DNA of 64,000 nt from Bdellovibrionales bacterium (GTDB taxonomy: Bacteria > Bdellovibrionota > Bdellovibrionia > Bdellovibrionales > JAUICD01). Position 1 is the first letter of the stretch; each line of letters opens with the position of its first letter. The position numbers and the translations under genes are program-made. The notes under the pieces are model-generated. The model was not told where the DNA came from, did not search any database, and saw nothing but the letters and a program-made list of their open reading frames with translations. Where the stretch lies: assembly GCA_965203275.1 (NCBI GenBank), contig OZ241865.1, forward strand, positions 2,176,001-2,240,000, in the 5' to 3' direction. Below are positions 41,683 to 51,128 of this stretch, in pieces.

Positions 41683-42518
41683 TTTCCTTAATATGTGGTT
41701 AAGAAGTGAGGAGATCCTTTTTCCGGGATCCGGGATGGCAGTCTGGGATCCGGCAACCCGGCATCAGGTCGAAAGGAAAAGGAACTTTTTCCTTAACATG
41801 GTGTTAAAAGAGGAAAGGATCCTTCCTACTAAAAGTAAACGGACTTTTGAGGTTGCCAGCCTTTGATCGACGGCGGTAGCCGTCGGGCTGGCTACCCAAA
41901 AGTGACCAGAGGTCAGTTTACTTTTAGTGAGACAAACCCTTAACATCATGTTAAGAGACGAGAGGATCCTCCTTACTAAAAATAAACGGATTTTTGAGGC
42001 ATTGCTCTTTTTAGACAGCGTAAGCTGTCAGAGCAATGCCCAAAAACAGCCAGAGGCTGGTTTATTTTTAGTGAGACAAACCCTTAACATGGTGTTAAAA
42101 GAGGAAAGGATCCTTCCTACTAAAAGTAAACGGACTTTTGAGGTTGCCAGCCTTTGATCGACGGCGGTAGCCGTCGGGCTGGCTACCCAAAAGTGACCAG
42201 AGGTCAGTTTACTTTTAGTGAGACAAACCCTTAACATCATGTTAAGAGACGAGAGGATCCTCCTTACTAAAAATAAACGGATTTTTGAGGCATTGCTCTT
42301 TTTAGACAGCGTAAGCTGTCAGAGCAATGCCCAAAAACAGCCAGAGGCTGGTTTATTTTTAGTGAGACAAACCCTTAACATGGTGTTAAAAGAGGAAAGG
42401 ATCCTTCCTACTAAAAGTAAACGGACTTTTGAGGTTGCCAGCCTTTGATCGACGGCGGTAGCCGTCGGGCTGGCTACCCAAAAGTGACCAGAGGTCAGTT
42501 TACTTTTAGTGAGACAAA
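41683..42518 (+). repeat. Cluster 3: A-B-A-B-A tandem array of the structured element (A 147 bp, B 144 bp, period 291 bp)
   Basis: Units start at 41791, 41938, 42082, 42229 and 42373; preceded by a partial head and GGGATCC heptamers. Confidence 0.95.
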
Positions 42519-42532
42519 AGAAGGATATTTTT

Positions 42533-44227
42533 ATGCGTAATATTTTCATCATTAGTTTAATCTTGAGTTTTTTTATTGTAGGTTGTGGCAATGATTCACA
42601 AAAGCCACAAGCTCCCTCTACTCCAAAAGATAACTCACTGGATACCACTAATGAAAATGCTACTGACAATGATACAGGGGATCAAACAGAGTCATCTGAT
42701 CAACTTAGCGAAAATATTATTCATGTAAATGAGGCACTAAGAAATTTACAATCACAAGAAGAAAATCAAACTTCAGATGCTACAAGTGACTCTCCTCCTC
42801 TTAAAGTTACAATCACCCCACCAATAGAACCTCCCTCTAATTCTGATACAGTTACTACTAATCCAATAACTGCAACACCGACTGAAATAACTGCTGATAT
42901 GACTAATGATATGACAAATGACACCACTACCGACATCATTGCTAATGATGTCGGTAATAGTGTCGGTAATAATGTCGGTAATAGTGTCGGTAATAATGTC
43001 GGTAATGGTGTCGGTAATAATGTCGGTAATAGTGTCGGTAATAGTGTCGGTAATAGTGTCGGTAATAATGTCGGTAATAATGTCGGTAATGATGTCGGTA
43101 ATGATGTCGGTAATGGTGTCGGTAATGATGTCGGTAATAGTGTCGGTAATGATGTCGGTAATAATGTCGGTAATGATGTCGGTAATGATGTCGGTAATGA
43201 TGTCGGTAATGATGTTGGTAGTGTAGCCACTGATACTAATAATTCTGATGTGAGTTATTCTTCTCCCTTATTTATAGAAACAATTGAAACCTTTCATCAA
43301 CTCTTAACACTTTTGATTTTGAATAACTTAGGACTTCAAGATCAAGATATTGCAAATACAAATATCACATCTACCATAAAAATCGACACTTTAAATGAAA
43401 TGTCGATTTTTCTAAATAGTGTAAGAAATCAGCGATTAAAAAATATAATAAAGCAAGAGATCATTGATACAGATGTTTTAATATTCACTATAACTAGATT
43501 AGAGCAAGAAAAAAACCACACTTTTGCTCCATTATGGTTAGAACAAATCAACGAAACACTTAAAGAAATAATTATTTCTGTGGATACTTTAAATGACATA
43601 GGAGTTTCAATAGAAGGGATTTCAAATTATTCGGAACAATTATTTAATACAAACTCTCTTAATACAAACCCTCGTTTTATAGAAATCGTTGATCATCTAC
43701 AAACAAATAAAACAAAGCTAAATGAGATTGTAAATATAGTCATTTCTGGAGACTTTAGAAGCATTGACCCTACAAATATAAAATCTTTTTTATTTAATGA
43801 AACAATACAAACTCTTAGTGAACTCCTTGCCCTTGAAGACACTATAGAAGAAATCATCATCATTCAAAGTGAAAATGAATTAAAAGAAATCATTGGTGAA
43901 CTTGATAGACAAGAGGGTCCCTATAATGACTTATGGCTATCAGAAATCAATGAATTATTAAAAGCTATCATTGATAATACAAATGATCGTAGGGAAGCAC
44001 TTGCTCAGCTAGAAGAAACAGGTGAAGAAACTACTTTTTTCAAAGTTATAACTCTGATGAAAAGATTTATAGGCTTAAGTCCACAATATGAAATTGATAG
44101 GAAATTGCTAATCAGGAAGTTAGATCGCATCACAGAGGGCATACTATCTGGAGCATTTCAAACACAAAACCCTAAAGATTATCAATTATACGATAACATT
44201 GATCAGAACCTACCCTTCCCTTTGTAG
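42533..44227 (+). CDS. Lipoprotein with (N-x-V-G)n tetrapeptide repeat
   Basis: ATG 42533 [18 protein letters not shown] lipobox; low-complexity N-half, helical C-half. Confidence 0.8.
   Translation: MRNIFIISLILSFFIVGCGNDSQKPQAPSTPKDNSLDTTNENATDNDTGDQTESSDQLSENIIHVNEALRNLQSQEENQTSDATSDSPPLKVTITPPIEPPSNSDTVTTNPITATPTEITADMTNDMTNDTTTDIIANDVGNSVGNNVGNSVGNNVGNGVGNNVGNSVGNSVGNSVGNNVGNNVGNDVGNDVGNGVGNDVGNSVGNDVGNNVGNDVGNDVGNDVGNDVGSVATDTNNSDVSYSSPLFIETIETFHQLLTLLILNNLGLQDQDIANTNITSTIKIDTLNEMSIFLNSVRNQRLKNIIKQEIIDTDVLIFTITRLEQEKNHTFAPLWLEQINETLKEIIISVDTLNDIGVSIEGISNYSEQLFNTNSLNTNPRFIEIVDHLQTNKTKLNEIVNIVISGDFRSIDPTNIKSFLFNETIQTLSELLALEDTIEEIIIIQSENELKEIIGELDRQEGPYNDLWLSEINELLKAIIDNTNDRREALAQLEETGEETTFFKVITLMKRFIGLSPQYEIDRKLLIRKLDRITEGILSGAFQTQNPKDYQLYDNIDQNLPFPL
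42944..43219 (+). repeat. 23 x 12-bp coding minisatellite AATRRTGTCGGT
   Basis: Directly visible. Confidence 0.95.
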
Positions 44228-44253
44228 GGTGAAACATGATGGATTTTCTAAGT

Positions 44254-47157
44254 TCATTGATCTTTAATAAAGCAAGTGCAGAAAAGATTTTTATCACCAT
44301 AAGTGCCATCAATCCGTCTAACAGCAGGCCAAAATTTATTTTCTTTAAGATAAGGCAATGGAAAAGCTGCTTGTTGCCGGCTATAAGGATGAACCCAATG
44401 ATCCGATGAAACCTCTAAAGCTGTATGAGGTGCTTGTTTTAATGGATTGTCCTCTCGATCAAATACCCCTGATTCTACTTTTAAAAATTCTTTATAAATA
44501 GCAATCATGGCATCACAAAAACGATCCATTTCTTGCTTGGATTCACTTTCTGTAGGCTCTAACATTAGGGTCCCCATAACAGGCCAAGACATTGTAGGTG
44601 CATGAAAGCCATAATCCATCAATCTTTTAGCTACATCTTCTACTTGAATACCGGCTCTTTTTTTCCAATCCCTTAAATCTAAAATACATTCATGGGCTAC
44701 ATAACCCTTATGACCTGTATAAAGTATAGGATAATATTTTTGTAGACGTCGAGCTATGTAATTGGCATTGCTAATAGCCACTTGAGAAGAAGCTTTTAAA
44801 CCTTCCGATCCTAACATCAAGATATACATCCACGAAACAACACATACAGAGGCACTTCCATAAGGTGCTTGTGAAATAGTTCCTATAGAATCTTTGCATA
44901 ATCCTGAATCTCTAAAGTGCTGTGGCAAAAAAGGCTTAAGGTGTTTTTTAACAATCACAGGCCCTACTCCAGGGCCTCCTCCTCCATGAGGGATAGCAAA
45001 AGTTTTATGCAAATTTAAATGACAAATATCAGGACCATATTCACCAGGGAAACAAAGACCTATCTGTGCATTCATGTTTGCACCATCTAAATAAACTTGT
45101 CCACCGGCATCATGAATCCTCTGGCAAATTTCTTTGATGGCTAGCTCAAACACCCCATGTGTTGAAGGATAAGTGATCATCATAGCGGCTATTTTATTTT
45201 TATACAGATGGATCTTTGTTTTAAGGTCTTCTAAATGGATATTGCCATTTTTGTCACAGTTGACAGTAACCACTTGCAAACCTGCCATAGTTGCACTAGC
45301 TGGATTGGTTCCATGGGCCGATTGAGGAATTAAACAAATATTACGATGAGCTTGCCCTTGTGATTGATGATACTTTTTGATAATTAAAAGTCCTGTGTAT
45401 TCTCCTTGAGAACCAGCATTGGGCTGTAACGATGTGGCATCCATCCCCACACATTGTGCCAACCAGTTTTCTAGTTGAGTGAGTACCTCTAGATAACCTT
45501 GTGTTTGCTCGGGTGGTGCAAAAGGATGAATCTGAGCTATCTTAGGCCAGGTCACTGGTATCATTTCTGCTGTGGCATTTAGTTTCATTGTACAGGATCC
45601 TAGTGGAATCATAGAATAAGCTAAAGACAAATCACGAGATTGTAGTTTGAAAATATAGCGAAGCATTTCTGTCTCAGAATGATATGAATTAAAAACAGGA
45701 TGGGTTAAAAAGCAAGAAGTTCTCATTAGCTCTTGGGGAATACCTCTTTCTATTGACGGATGAGAAAATTTGTTTTTTGATTTTTCACAAGGTGTTTGTT
45801 CTTTAAAAAGTTCAATTATGTCCTCAATATCCTCTTGTGATGTCACTTCATTGAGAGCAATAGCTACTTCTTTTGGACCAATATATCTTAAGTTTATTCC
45901 CTTTTGATAAGCTTGTTCTAGAAGATCCTGAGCGTTTTGTGTTTTGATTTTGAGGGTATCAAAAAAACGATGACTTACTAAAAAGCCCATTTCTTCAAGC
46001 TTTTGCTGTAAGTCTTTTGTCATTTTTAAAATATTTTGTGCTATTTGTTTAAGTCCTTTAGGGCCATGCCAACAGGCATACATACTGGCCATAATAGCTA
46101 GAAGTGTTTGTGCTGTACAAATATTGCTTGTAGCTTTCTCTCTTCGAATATGTTGTTCTCTTGTTTGCAAAGCCAGCCGATAAGCAGGCTTTCCTGATTG
46201 ATCTTTAGAGACTCCTACAATACGCCCTGGTACATATCTTTTATATTCTTCTTGAGTAGCTAAAAAGGCAGCATGAGGACCTCCAAAGCCTATATGGACT
46301 CCAAACCTTTGAGTGTTGCCTATGACAATATCAGCTCCCATTTCACCTGGAGGCTTTAAAAGAGTCAATGCCAACAAATCTGTCGCAAAAACCACAATGC
46401 ATTTTTGTTCTTTGGCTTTCTGCACTAGGCCTGTGTGATCAGATATATCACCGTATGTATCAGGATATTGCAAAATCAAACCAAAATATTCAGAGAAGTC
46501 TTCAAGGCTATTAAAATCTTTTAAAATCATTTGCAAGTCTAGAGAGTGGATTCTGGTTTTAAGAACTTTTATTGTAGCTGGATGGCAGTTGTGAGAAACT
46601 AAAAACTTCTTCTTCAAAGGATTTGTGTTTTTTTTATAAGATTTGCCTTGTAAATGAAATGCCATACTCATAGCTTCTGATGCTGCTGTGGCTTCATCTA
46701 ACAGAGAGGCATTAGCTAAGGGCATGCCTGTAAGGTCACATACCATCGTCTGAAAATTAAGCAGTGCCTCTAATCGCCCTTGAGCAATTTCTGCTTGATA
46801 AGGGGTGTATTGGGTATACCAACCAGGATTCTCTAAGATGTTTCGTTGAATAACAGGTGGAGTCACTGTAGGATAATAGCCCATGCCTATATATGATTTG
46901 TAAACCTGATTTTTTTGGATTATTTGGGATAATTTTTGAAGAGCTTGGCTTTCTGTATGAGCAGGAGGTAGATTGATTTTTTTATAAGAGAGTATATCTT
47001 TTGGTATTGTTTGACTGATCAGCTCAGAGAGAGAACTCACACCGATCACTTCTAACATAGAAGACAAATCATTAGAGGTTACTCCAATGTGTCTGTTTTG
47101 AAAATTTGTTTGATTGACAGGTGAAATATTTGCTTTTGACATATTCACTTCCTTCAA
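44254..47157 (-). CDS. gcvP: Glycine dehydrogenase (glycine cleavage P protein)
   Basis: YTPYQAEIAQGRLE, MIPLGSCTMK, HLNLHKTF..PHGGGGPG. Confidence 0.97.
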   Translation of the reverse strand: MKEVNMSKANISPVNQTNFQNRHIGVTSNDLSSMLEVIGVSSLSELISQTIPKDILSYKKINLPPAHTESQALQKLSQIIQKNQVYKSYIGMGYYPTVTPPVIQRNILENPGWYTQYTPYQAEIAQGRLEALLNFQTMVCDLTGMPLANASLLDEATAASEAMSMAFHLQGKSYKKNTNPLKKKFLVSHNCHPATIKVLKTRIHSLDLQMILKDFNSLEDFSEYFGLILQYPDTYGDISDHTGLVQKAKEQKCIVVFATDLLALTLLKPPGEMGADIVIGNTQRFGVHIGFGGPHAAFLATQEEYKRYVPGRIVGVSKDQSGKPAYRLALQTREQHIRREKATSNICTAQTLLAIMASMYACWHGPKGLKQIAQNILKMTKDLQQKLEEMGFLVSHRFFDTLKIKTQNAQDLLEQAYQKGINLRYIGPKEVAIALNEVTSQEDIEDIIELFKEQTPCEKSKNKFSHPSIERGIPQELMRTSCFLTHPVFNSYHSETEMLRYIFKLQSRDLSLAYSMIPLGSCTMKLNATAEMIPVTWPKIAQIHPFAPPEQTQGYLEVLTQLENWLAQCVGMDATSLQPNAGSQGEYTGLLIIKKYHQSQGQAHRNICLIPQSAHGTNPASATMAGLQVVTVNCDKNGNIHLEDLKTKIHLYKNKIAAMMITYPSTHGVFELAIKEICQRIHDAGGQVYLDGANMNAQIGLCFPGEYGPDICHLNLHKTFAIPHGGGGPGVGPVIVKKHLKPFLPQHFRDSGLCKDSIGTISQAPYGSASVCVVSWMYILMLGSEGLKASSQVAISNANYIARRLQKYYPILYTGHKGYVAHECILDLRDWKKRAGIQVEDVAKRLMDYGFHAPTMSWPVMGTLMLEPTESESKQEMDRFCDAMIAIYKEFLKVESGVFDREDNPLKQAPHTALEVSSDHWVHPYSRQQAAFPLPYLKENKFWPAVRRIDGTYGDKNLFCTCFIKDQ

Positions 47158-47330
47158 AATGTATATTCATTAAATATTTGCTTGAATGACCAGTATTTAA
47201 TGAGATAATGATAATAAATGTTTCAAAGCAAGGTTTAATGCAAGGTTTAATAAAAATAAAGAAAGCTGTCAATGATCAATGTAAGTTTTATTTTGAAGGT
47301 TTATGGAAAAGCTTTTCTAAAGGGGTAAAT

Positions 47331-47888
47331 ATGTATGAAACAAATAATTTCCGCAAAGGTTTAAAAGTGCTTATTGATAATGAGCCTTATGTTGTGATTG
47401 ATTTTCAACACTCAAAGCAAGCGAGGGGCAGTCAGTTTACTCGCACAAAGTTGAAAAATTTAATCACAGGTGCTAATTTAGAGAGAACCTTTAAATCAGG
47501 GGAAAAATTTGGTGTGCCTGATATTGTTTCTAAGTTAGCTACTTTTTTGTATAAGGATGAAGCGGGTTTTCACTTCATGGATAAAGAAAATTATGAACAA
47601 TATGATCTGACAGAAGATGATGTATTTGATGTGCAGTTTTATTTAACGGACAACCTAGATGTGCATTTGTTATTTTTTAATGAAAAAGTTATTGGTATTG
47701 ATGTCCCCAATCAGGTCACTCTTAAGGTTGTTCAAACAGAGCCTGGGATTAAAGGTAATACAGTTTCAGGTGGAAGCAAGTCTGCTACTTTAGAGACTGG
47801 TCTTCTCGTCAATGTACCCTTACATATCAATGTATCTGATGTTTTGAAAATAAATACTAAAACAGGACATTATCTCGAAAGAGCCTAA
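47331..47888 (+). CDS. efp: Elongation factor P
   Basis: FRKGLKVLID...PGIKGNTV...ATLETG...YLERA. Start reassigned to ATG 47331. Confidence 0.92.
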   Translation: MYETNNFRKGLKVLIDNEPYVVIDFQHSKQARGSQFTRTKLKNLITGANLERTFKSGEKFGVPDIVSKLATFLYKDEAGFHFMDKENYEQYDLTEDDVFDVQFYLTDNLDVHLLFFNEKVIGIDVPNQVTLKVVQTEPGIKGNTVSGGSKSATLETGLLVNVPLHINVSDVLKINTKTGHYLERA

Positions 47889-47910
47889 GCCTAAAAACAA
47901 AATTTAAATT

Positions 47911-48347
47911 ATTAGCATGGTGTTGATCTGGTCTCCGGGATCAGGCAACCCGCCATCAAGTAGACAGGCAAGGATGAAGCGAATATCTTGTTTCCTTAAC
48001 ATGTAGTCAAAAAACGAAAAGATCCTCCTCTACTCAAAATGAGCAGTTTTTTGCGGCATTGCTCTTTTTAGACAGCGTAAGCTGTCAGAGCAATGCCTCA
48101 AAAATCCGCTCATTTTGAGTAGGCAGAATATCCTTCTCCCTTAACACCATGTTAAGGAAACAGTGCTTTTATTGCCTTAAAAGCAAGCACTCTGCAAATG
48201 AAACTCTTTTTCCTTAACATCATGTTAAAAGAGGAAAGGATCCTTTCTACTAAAAGTGGTCAGGCTTTCTAGGTTGCCAGCATTTAAGAAGGCGGTAGCC
48301 TTCGGCTGGCAACCAGAAAGTAGCCAGAGGCTAGACCACTTTTAGTG
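47911..48347. repeat. Cluster 4 of the structured element (head-to-head palindromic dimer 47990-48162, full unit 48207-48347)
   Basis: TTTCCTTAACATG...CATGTTAAGGAAA inverted ends; same stems. Confidence 0.9.
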
Positions 48348-48353
48348 AAATAG

Positions 48354-51128
48354 TTAATGAAAAAAGTAAGGTTTCAAATAAGGAGCAGTGGCACAACGTC
48401 TTTCTTGACACAAAAGATGAGTTGGCCCTTGAAACATCAACTTTCCTCCTTTCTTACCACCTCCAGGACCCAATTCTATCACATAATCAGCTTCTTTAAT
48501 TAAATCTAGATTGTGTTCAATCACAAGAACACTCCCCCCTTGCTTGATCAGCCTTCTCATAATAGAAACTAACATTTCTACTTCCTTAGGATGTAATCCT
48601 GTTGTAGGTTCATCTAAAATATAAATAGACGAATCCTTTTTGATATGAATCAACCTTCTGGCAAGCTTTAATCTTTGTGCTTCCCCTCCACTGAGGGTTT
48701 GTGTACTCTGGCCTATTTTCAAATACTCTAAACCAATTTCCTTTAAAAAAGCTAGTGGCTTATAAATAGCAGGCTTATCTTTAAAAAAGGACATACCTTC
48801 TAATACTGTTAAATTTAATATTTCATTGATATGTTTACCTTGATAAATAATATCAAAAACATCTTTTTGAAACTTCTGCCCCTTACAATGTTCACAAATT
48901 AATTTCACATCATCCACAAAAGCCATATCAATTGTTTCAAAGCCTTCTCCTTCGCAATAAGGACAACGTCCACCTGTTGCTGTCATCAAACTAAAGAAAC
49001 TTGCAGAGTAATTTCTTTTAAGAGCTAGTGGAGTCATAGCCATTAAATTACGTATATGATCATAAATTTTCAAGTAAGTAGCAGGAAAGCTCTTTGAAGT
49101 CCCTCCAATAGGACTCTGATCTATAAATAAAATATCTTCCAAAACATCTGGAAAGTCTATAGATTGATAAGGCAAAGGATCATAGCATTTTGTTTTTTTT
49201 ATTTGTCTTAAAATAGCAGGATATAATGTACCTTTTAACAATGAAGACTTACCAGAACCACTTACCCCTGTTACAGCTGTTAGTTGATTTAAAGGAAATG
49301 CTACATCAATAGATTTTAAATTATGACCACTACAGCCTTTTATTTTAACAAATTCTTGATTGTGATCTATTTGAGGAGCAACTGATTTTTTGGATATATC
49401 TTCTTTGAATATTTGAGATGTTACAGTAGATGCTTTTAAAAAATCTTTTGTGCAACCTGAAAAAACAACCTCTCCACCATGCTCCCCGGCACCTGGTCCC
49501 ATCTCAACAACATGATGGCAGTTTTGAATCATGGTTTTATCATGCTCTACAATCACTAAAGTATTACCTAAATCTTTTAGTTGATGTAAAATTTTAATTA
49601 AGCGGTCATTATCTTGAGGATGCAGTCCCACTGTTGGTTCATCTAATACATAAAGGGTTTGAGAGAGGGCTTTACCCAATTGATTAGCTAAATGAACTCT
49701 TTGGTACTCACCAGCAGAAAGGGTCTTGCTCAACCTATCTAAAGTGAGATAATTCACACCCACATCACATAAAAATTGCAATCGAGATATAATTTGCTGT
49801 AAAAGCTCAGAAACCACTTTTATTTTTTTTGTATCTTGCTGAGCAAACTTTTCAAAAAAGATCAATAAATCTTCTAACATCCAACTACACAATTCAGAAA
49901 TAGACTTATTTTGAATTTTGATAGCATTGGCTTCTCTCCGCAGACGAGTACCCTGGCATAGCTCACAAGTCATATTGGTTTGGTAAGATTGAATAAATCC
50001 TGGTATTTTCTCGACTGTTTTATATTCTGCACAGCTTTCAAGATATTCTATGAGTCCATAATATCGCCCTTTACCTTTCCATATTAACTCTCGCTTTTCT
50101 TCTGGAATTTGATTCCAAGGACAACCTATATCAATATTATAATAGGTGTTGCAAATACGAAAAAAATCAGATCGTTCATATTTTAAAAAAGGCTGTGTAA
50201 AAGGATGTATGGCATTGTCTGATATAGATAAATGAGGGTTTGGAATGATTTTATCTTTGTCAAACTTCAATAAATGGCCGACACCTTTACACTCAGGGCA
50301 TGCTCCTAAAGGACTAGAAAAATTAAAAATTTGATGTGTGATAGGCGGTAGAGAAAAATCACATTTTTTACACACAGGACTCTCACTTAATTTCATCTTT
50401 TGACCTTCTGTTGTGATCACTCTAGCTTTACCCTTTTGACATGAGTGAATATAATTGAAAGCAGAATAAGCTTGTGCAATAGAATCAGCAATGCGACCTC
50501 GATCTTCTAAATCAAAACTTGTGCGATCAATCACAATCTCAAAATAGTGCCGAGGCAAGTGAGCATTATAGTCAATATCAATAACCTTTTTATTATGAAA
50601 AATACGCGTGTATCCTGACCTTAACAAAAAAGGCAATAATTCTTCTGGCTTTTTTGCTTCTTCTGTAATGCCTATTAAGATATAACCTCTCTGGCCATTG
50701 AAAGCTTCAATCACTCGATCTGTAGCACTTGTCACAGTGTCAGCTACAATAGGGATTTTATGTCTAAGACATGTAGGGATGCCTATGTTTGTGAAAAGCA
50801 ATCGTAAATAATCATTGATTTCAGTTAAGGTCCCAACTGTGGAACGACTTGTGGTGACGTGATTGACTTGTTCAATAGCAATGGAAGGAGGGATATTTGT
50901 CACATCTGTGACATCAGGCTGAGGGGAACGATCTAAAAATTGCCGAGCATAACTTGAAAGACTATTGATATATTCTCTTTGCCCTTTAGCATAGAGAGTT
51001 TCAAAGGCCAGAGAACTTTTACCACTTCCACTAGGACCACAAATGACAGAGATTTGGCCTAAAGGGAATCGCACATTAATATTTTTTAAATTATTTTGTT
51101 TAACACCTATGAGTTCTATAGACTTCAT
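48354..51128 (-). CDS. uvrA: Excinuclease ABC subunit A
   Basis: Two ABC cassettes (GPSGSGKSS, GVSGSGKSS), zinc fingers, LSGGEAQRLKLA. Confidence 0.92.
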   Translation of the reverse strand: MKSIELIGVKQNNLKNINVRFPLGQISVICGPSGSGKSSLAFETLYAKGQREYINSLSSYARQFLDRSPQPDVTDVTNIPPSIAIEQVNHVTTSRSTVGTLTEINDYLRLLFTNIGIPTCLRHKIPIVADTVTSATDRVIEAFNGQRGYILIGITEEAKKPEELLPFLLRSGYTRIFHNKKVIDIDYNAHLPRHYFEIVIDRTSFDLEDRGRIADSIAQAYSAFNYIHSCQKGKARVITTEGQKMKLSESPVCKKCDFSLPPITHQIFNFSSPLGACPECKGVGHLLKFDKDKIIPNPHLSISDNAIHPFTQPFLKYERSDFFRICNTYYNIDIGCPWNQIPEEKRELIWKGKGRYYGLIEYLESCAEYKTVEKIPGFIQSYQTNMTCELCQGTRLRREANAIKIQNKSISELCSWMLEDLLIFFEKFAQQDTKKIKVVSELLQQIISRLQFLCDVGVNYLTLDRLSKTLSAGEYQRVHLANQLGKALSQTLYVLDEPTVGLHPQDNDRLIKILHQLKDLGNTLVIVEHDKTMIQNCHHVVEMGPGAGEHGGEVVFSGCTKDFLKASTVTSQIFKEDISKKSVAPQIDHNQEFVKIKGCSGHNLKSIDVAFPLNQLTAVTGVSGSGKSSLLKGTLYPAILRQIKKTKCYDPLPYQSIDFPDVLEDILFIDQSPIGGTSKSFPATYLKIYDHIRNLMAMTPLALKRNYSASFFSLMTATGGRCPYCEGEGFETIDMAFVDDVKLICEHCKGQKFQKDVFDIIYQGKHINEILNLTVLEGMSFFKDKPAIYKPLAFLKEIGLEYLKIGQSTQTLSGGEAQRLKLARRLIHIKKDSSIYILDEPTTGLHPKEVEMLVSIMRRLIKQGGSVLVIEHNLDLIKEADYVIELGPGGGKKGGKLMFQGPTHLLCQERRCATAPYLKPYFFH

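Noticed and set aside
41791..42518. CRISPR array
   Set aside because: Units are ~145 bp, intervening sequences repeat rather than being unique spacers, and no cas genes are in the window.
41764..42669. Short ORFs over the structured array (also 18899-19404)
   Set aside because: They are translations of palindromic repeats, with no RBS or protein-like motifs.
42766..43230. Alternative-frame ORFs (PTSL)n and (VMMS)n
   Set aside because: By-products of the stop-free 12-bp minisatellite.
47990..48162. Integron attC sites (TAAC...GTTA ends)
   Set aside because: Ends do not fit RYYYAAC/GTTRRRY well, copies flank core genes rather than cassettes, and no intI is seen.
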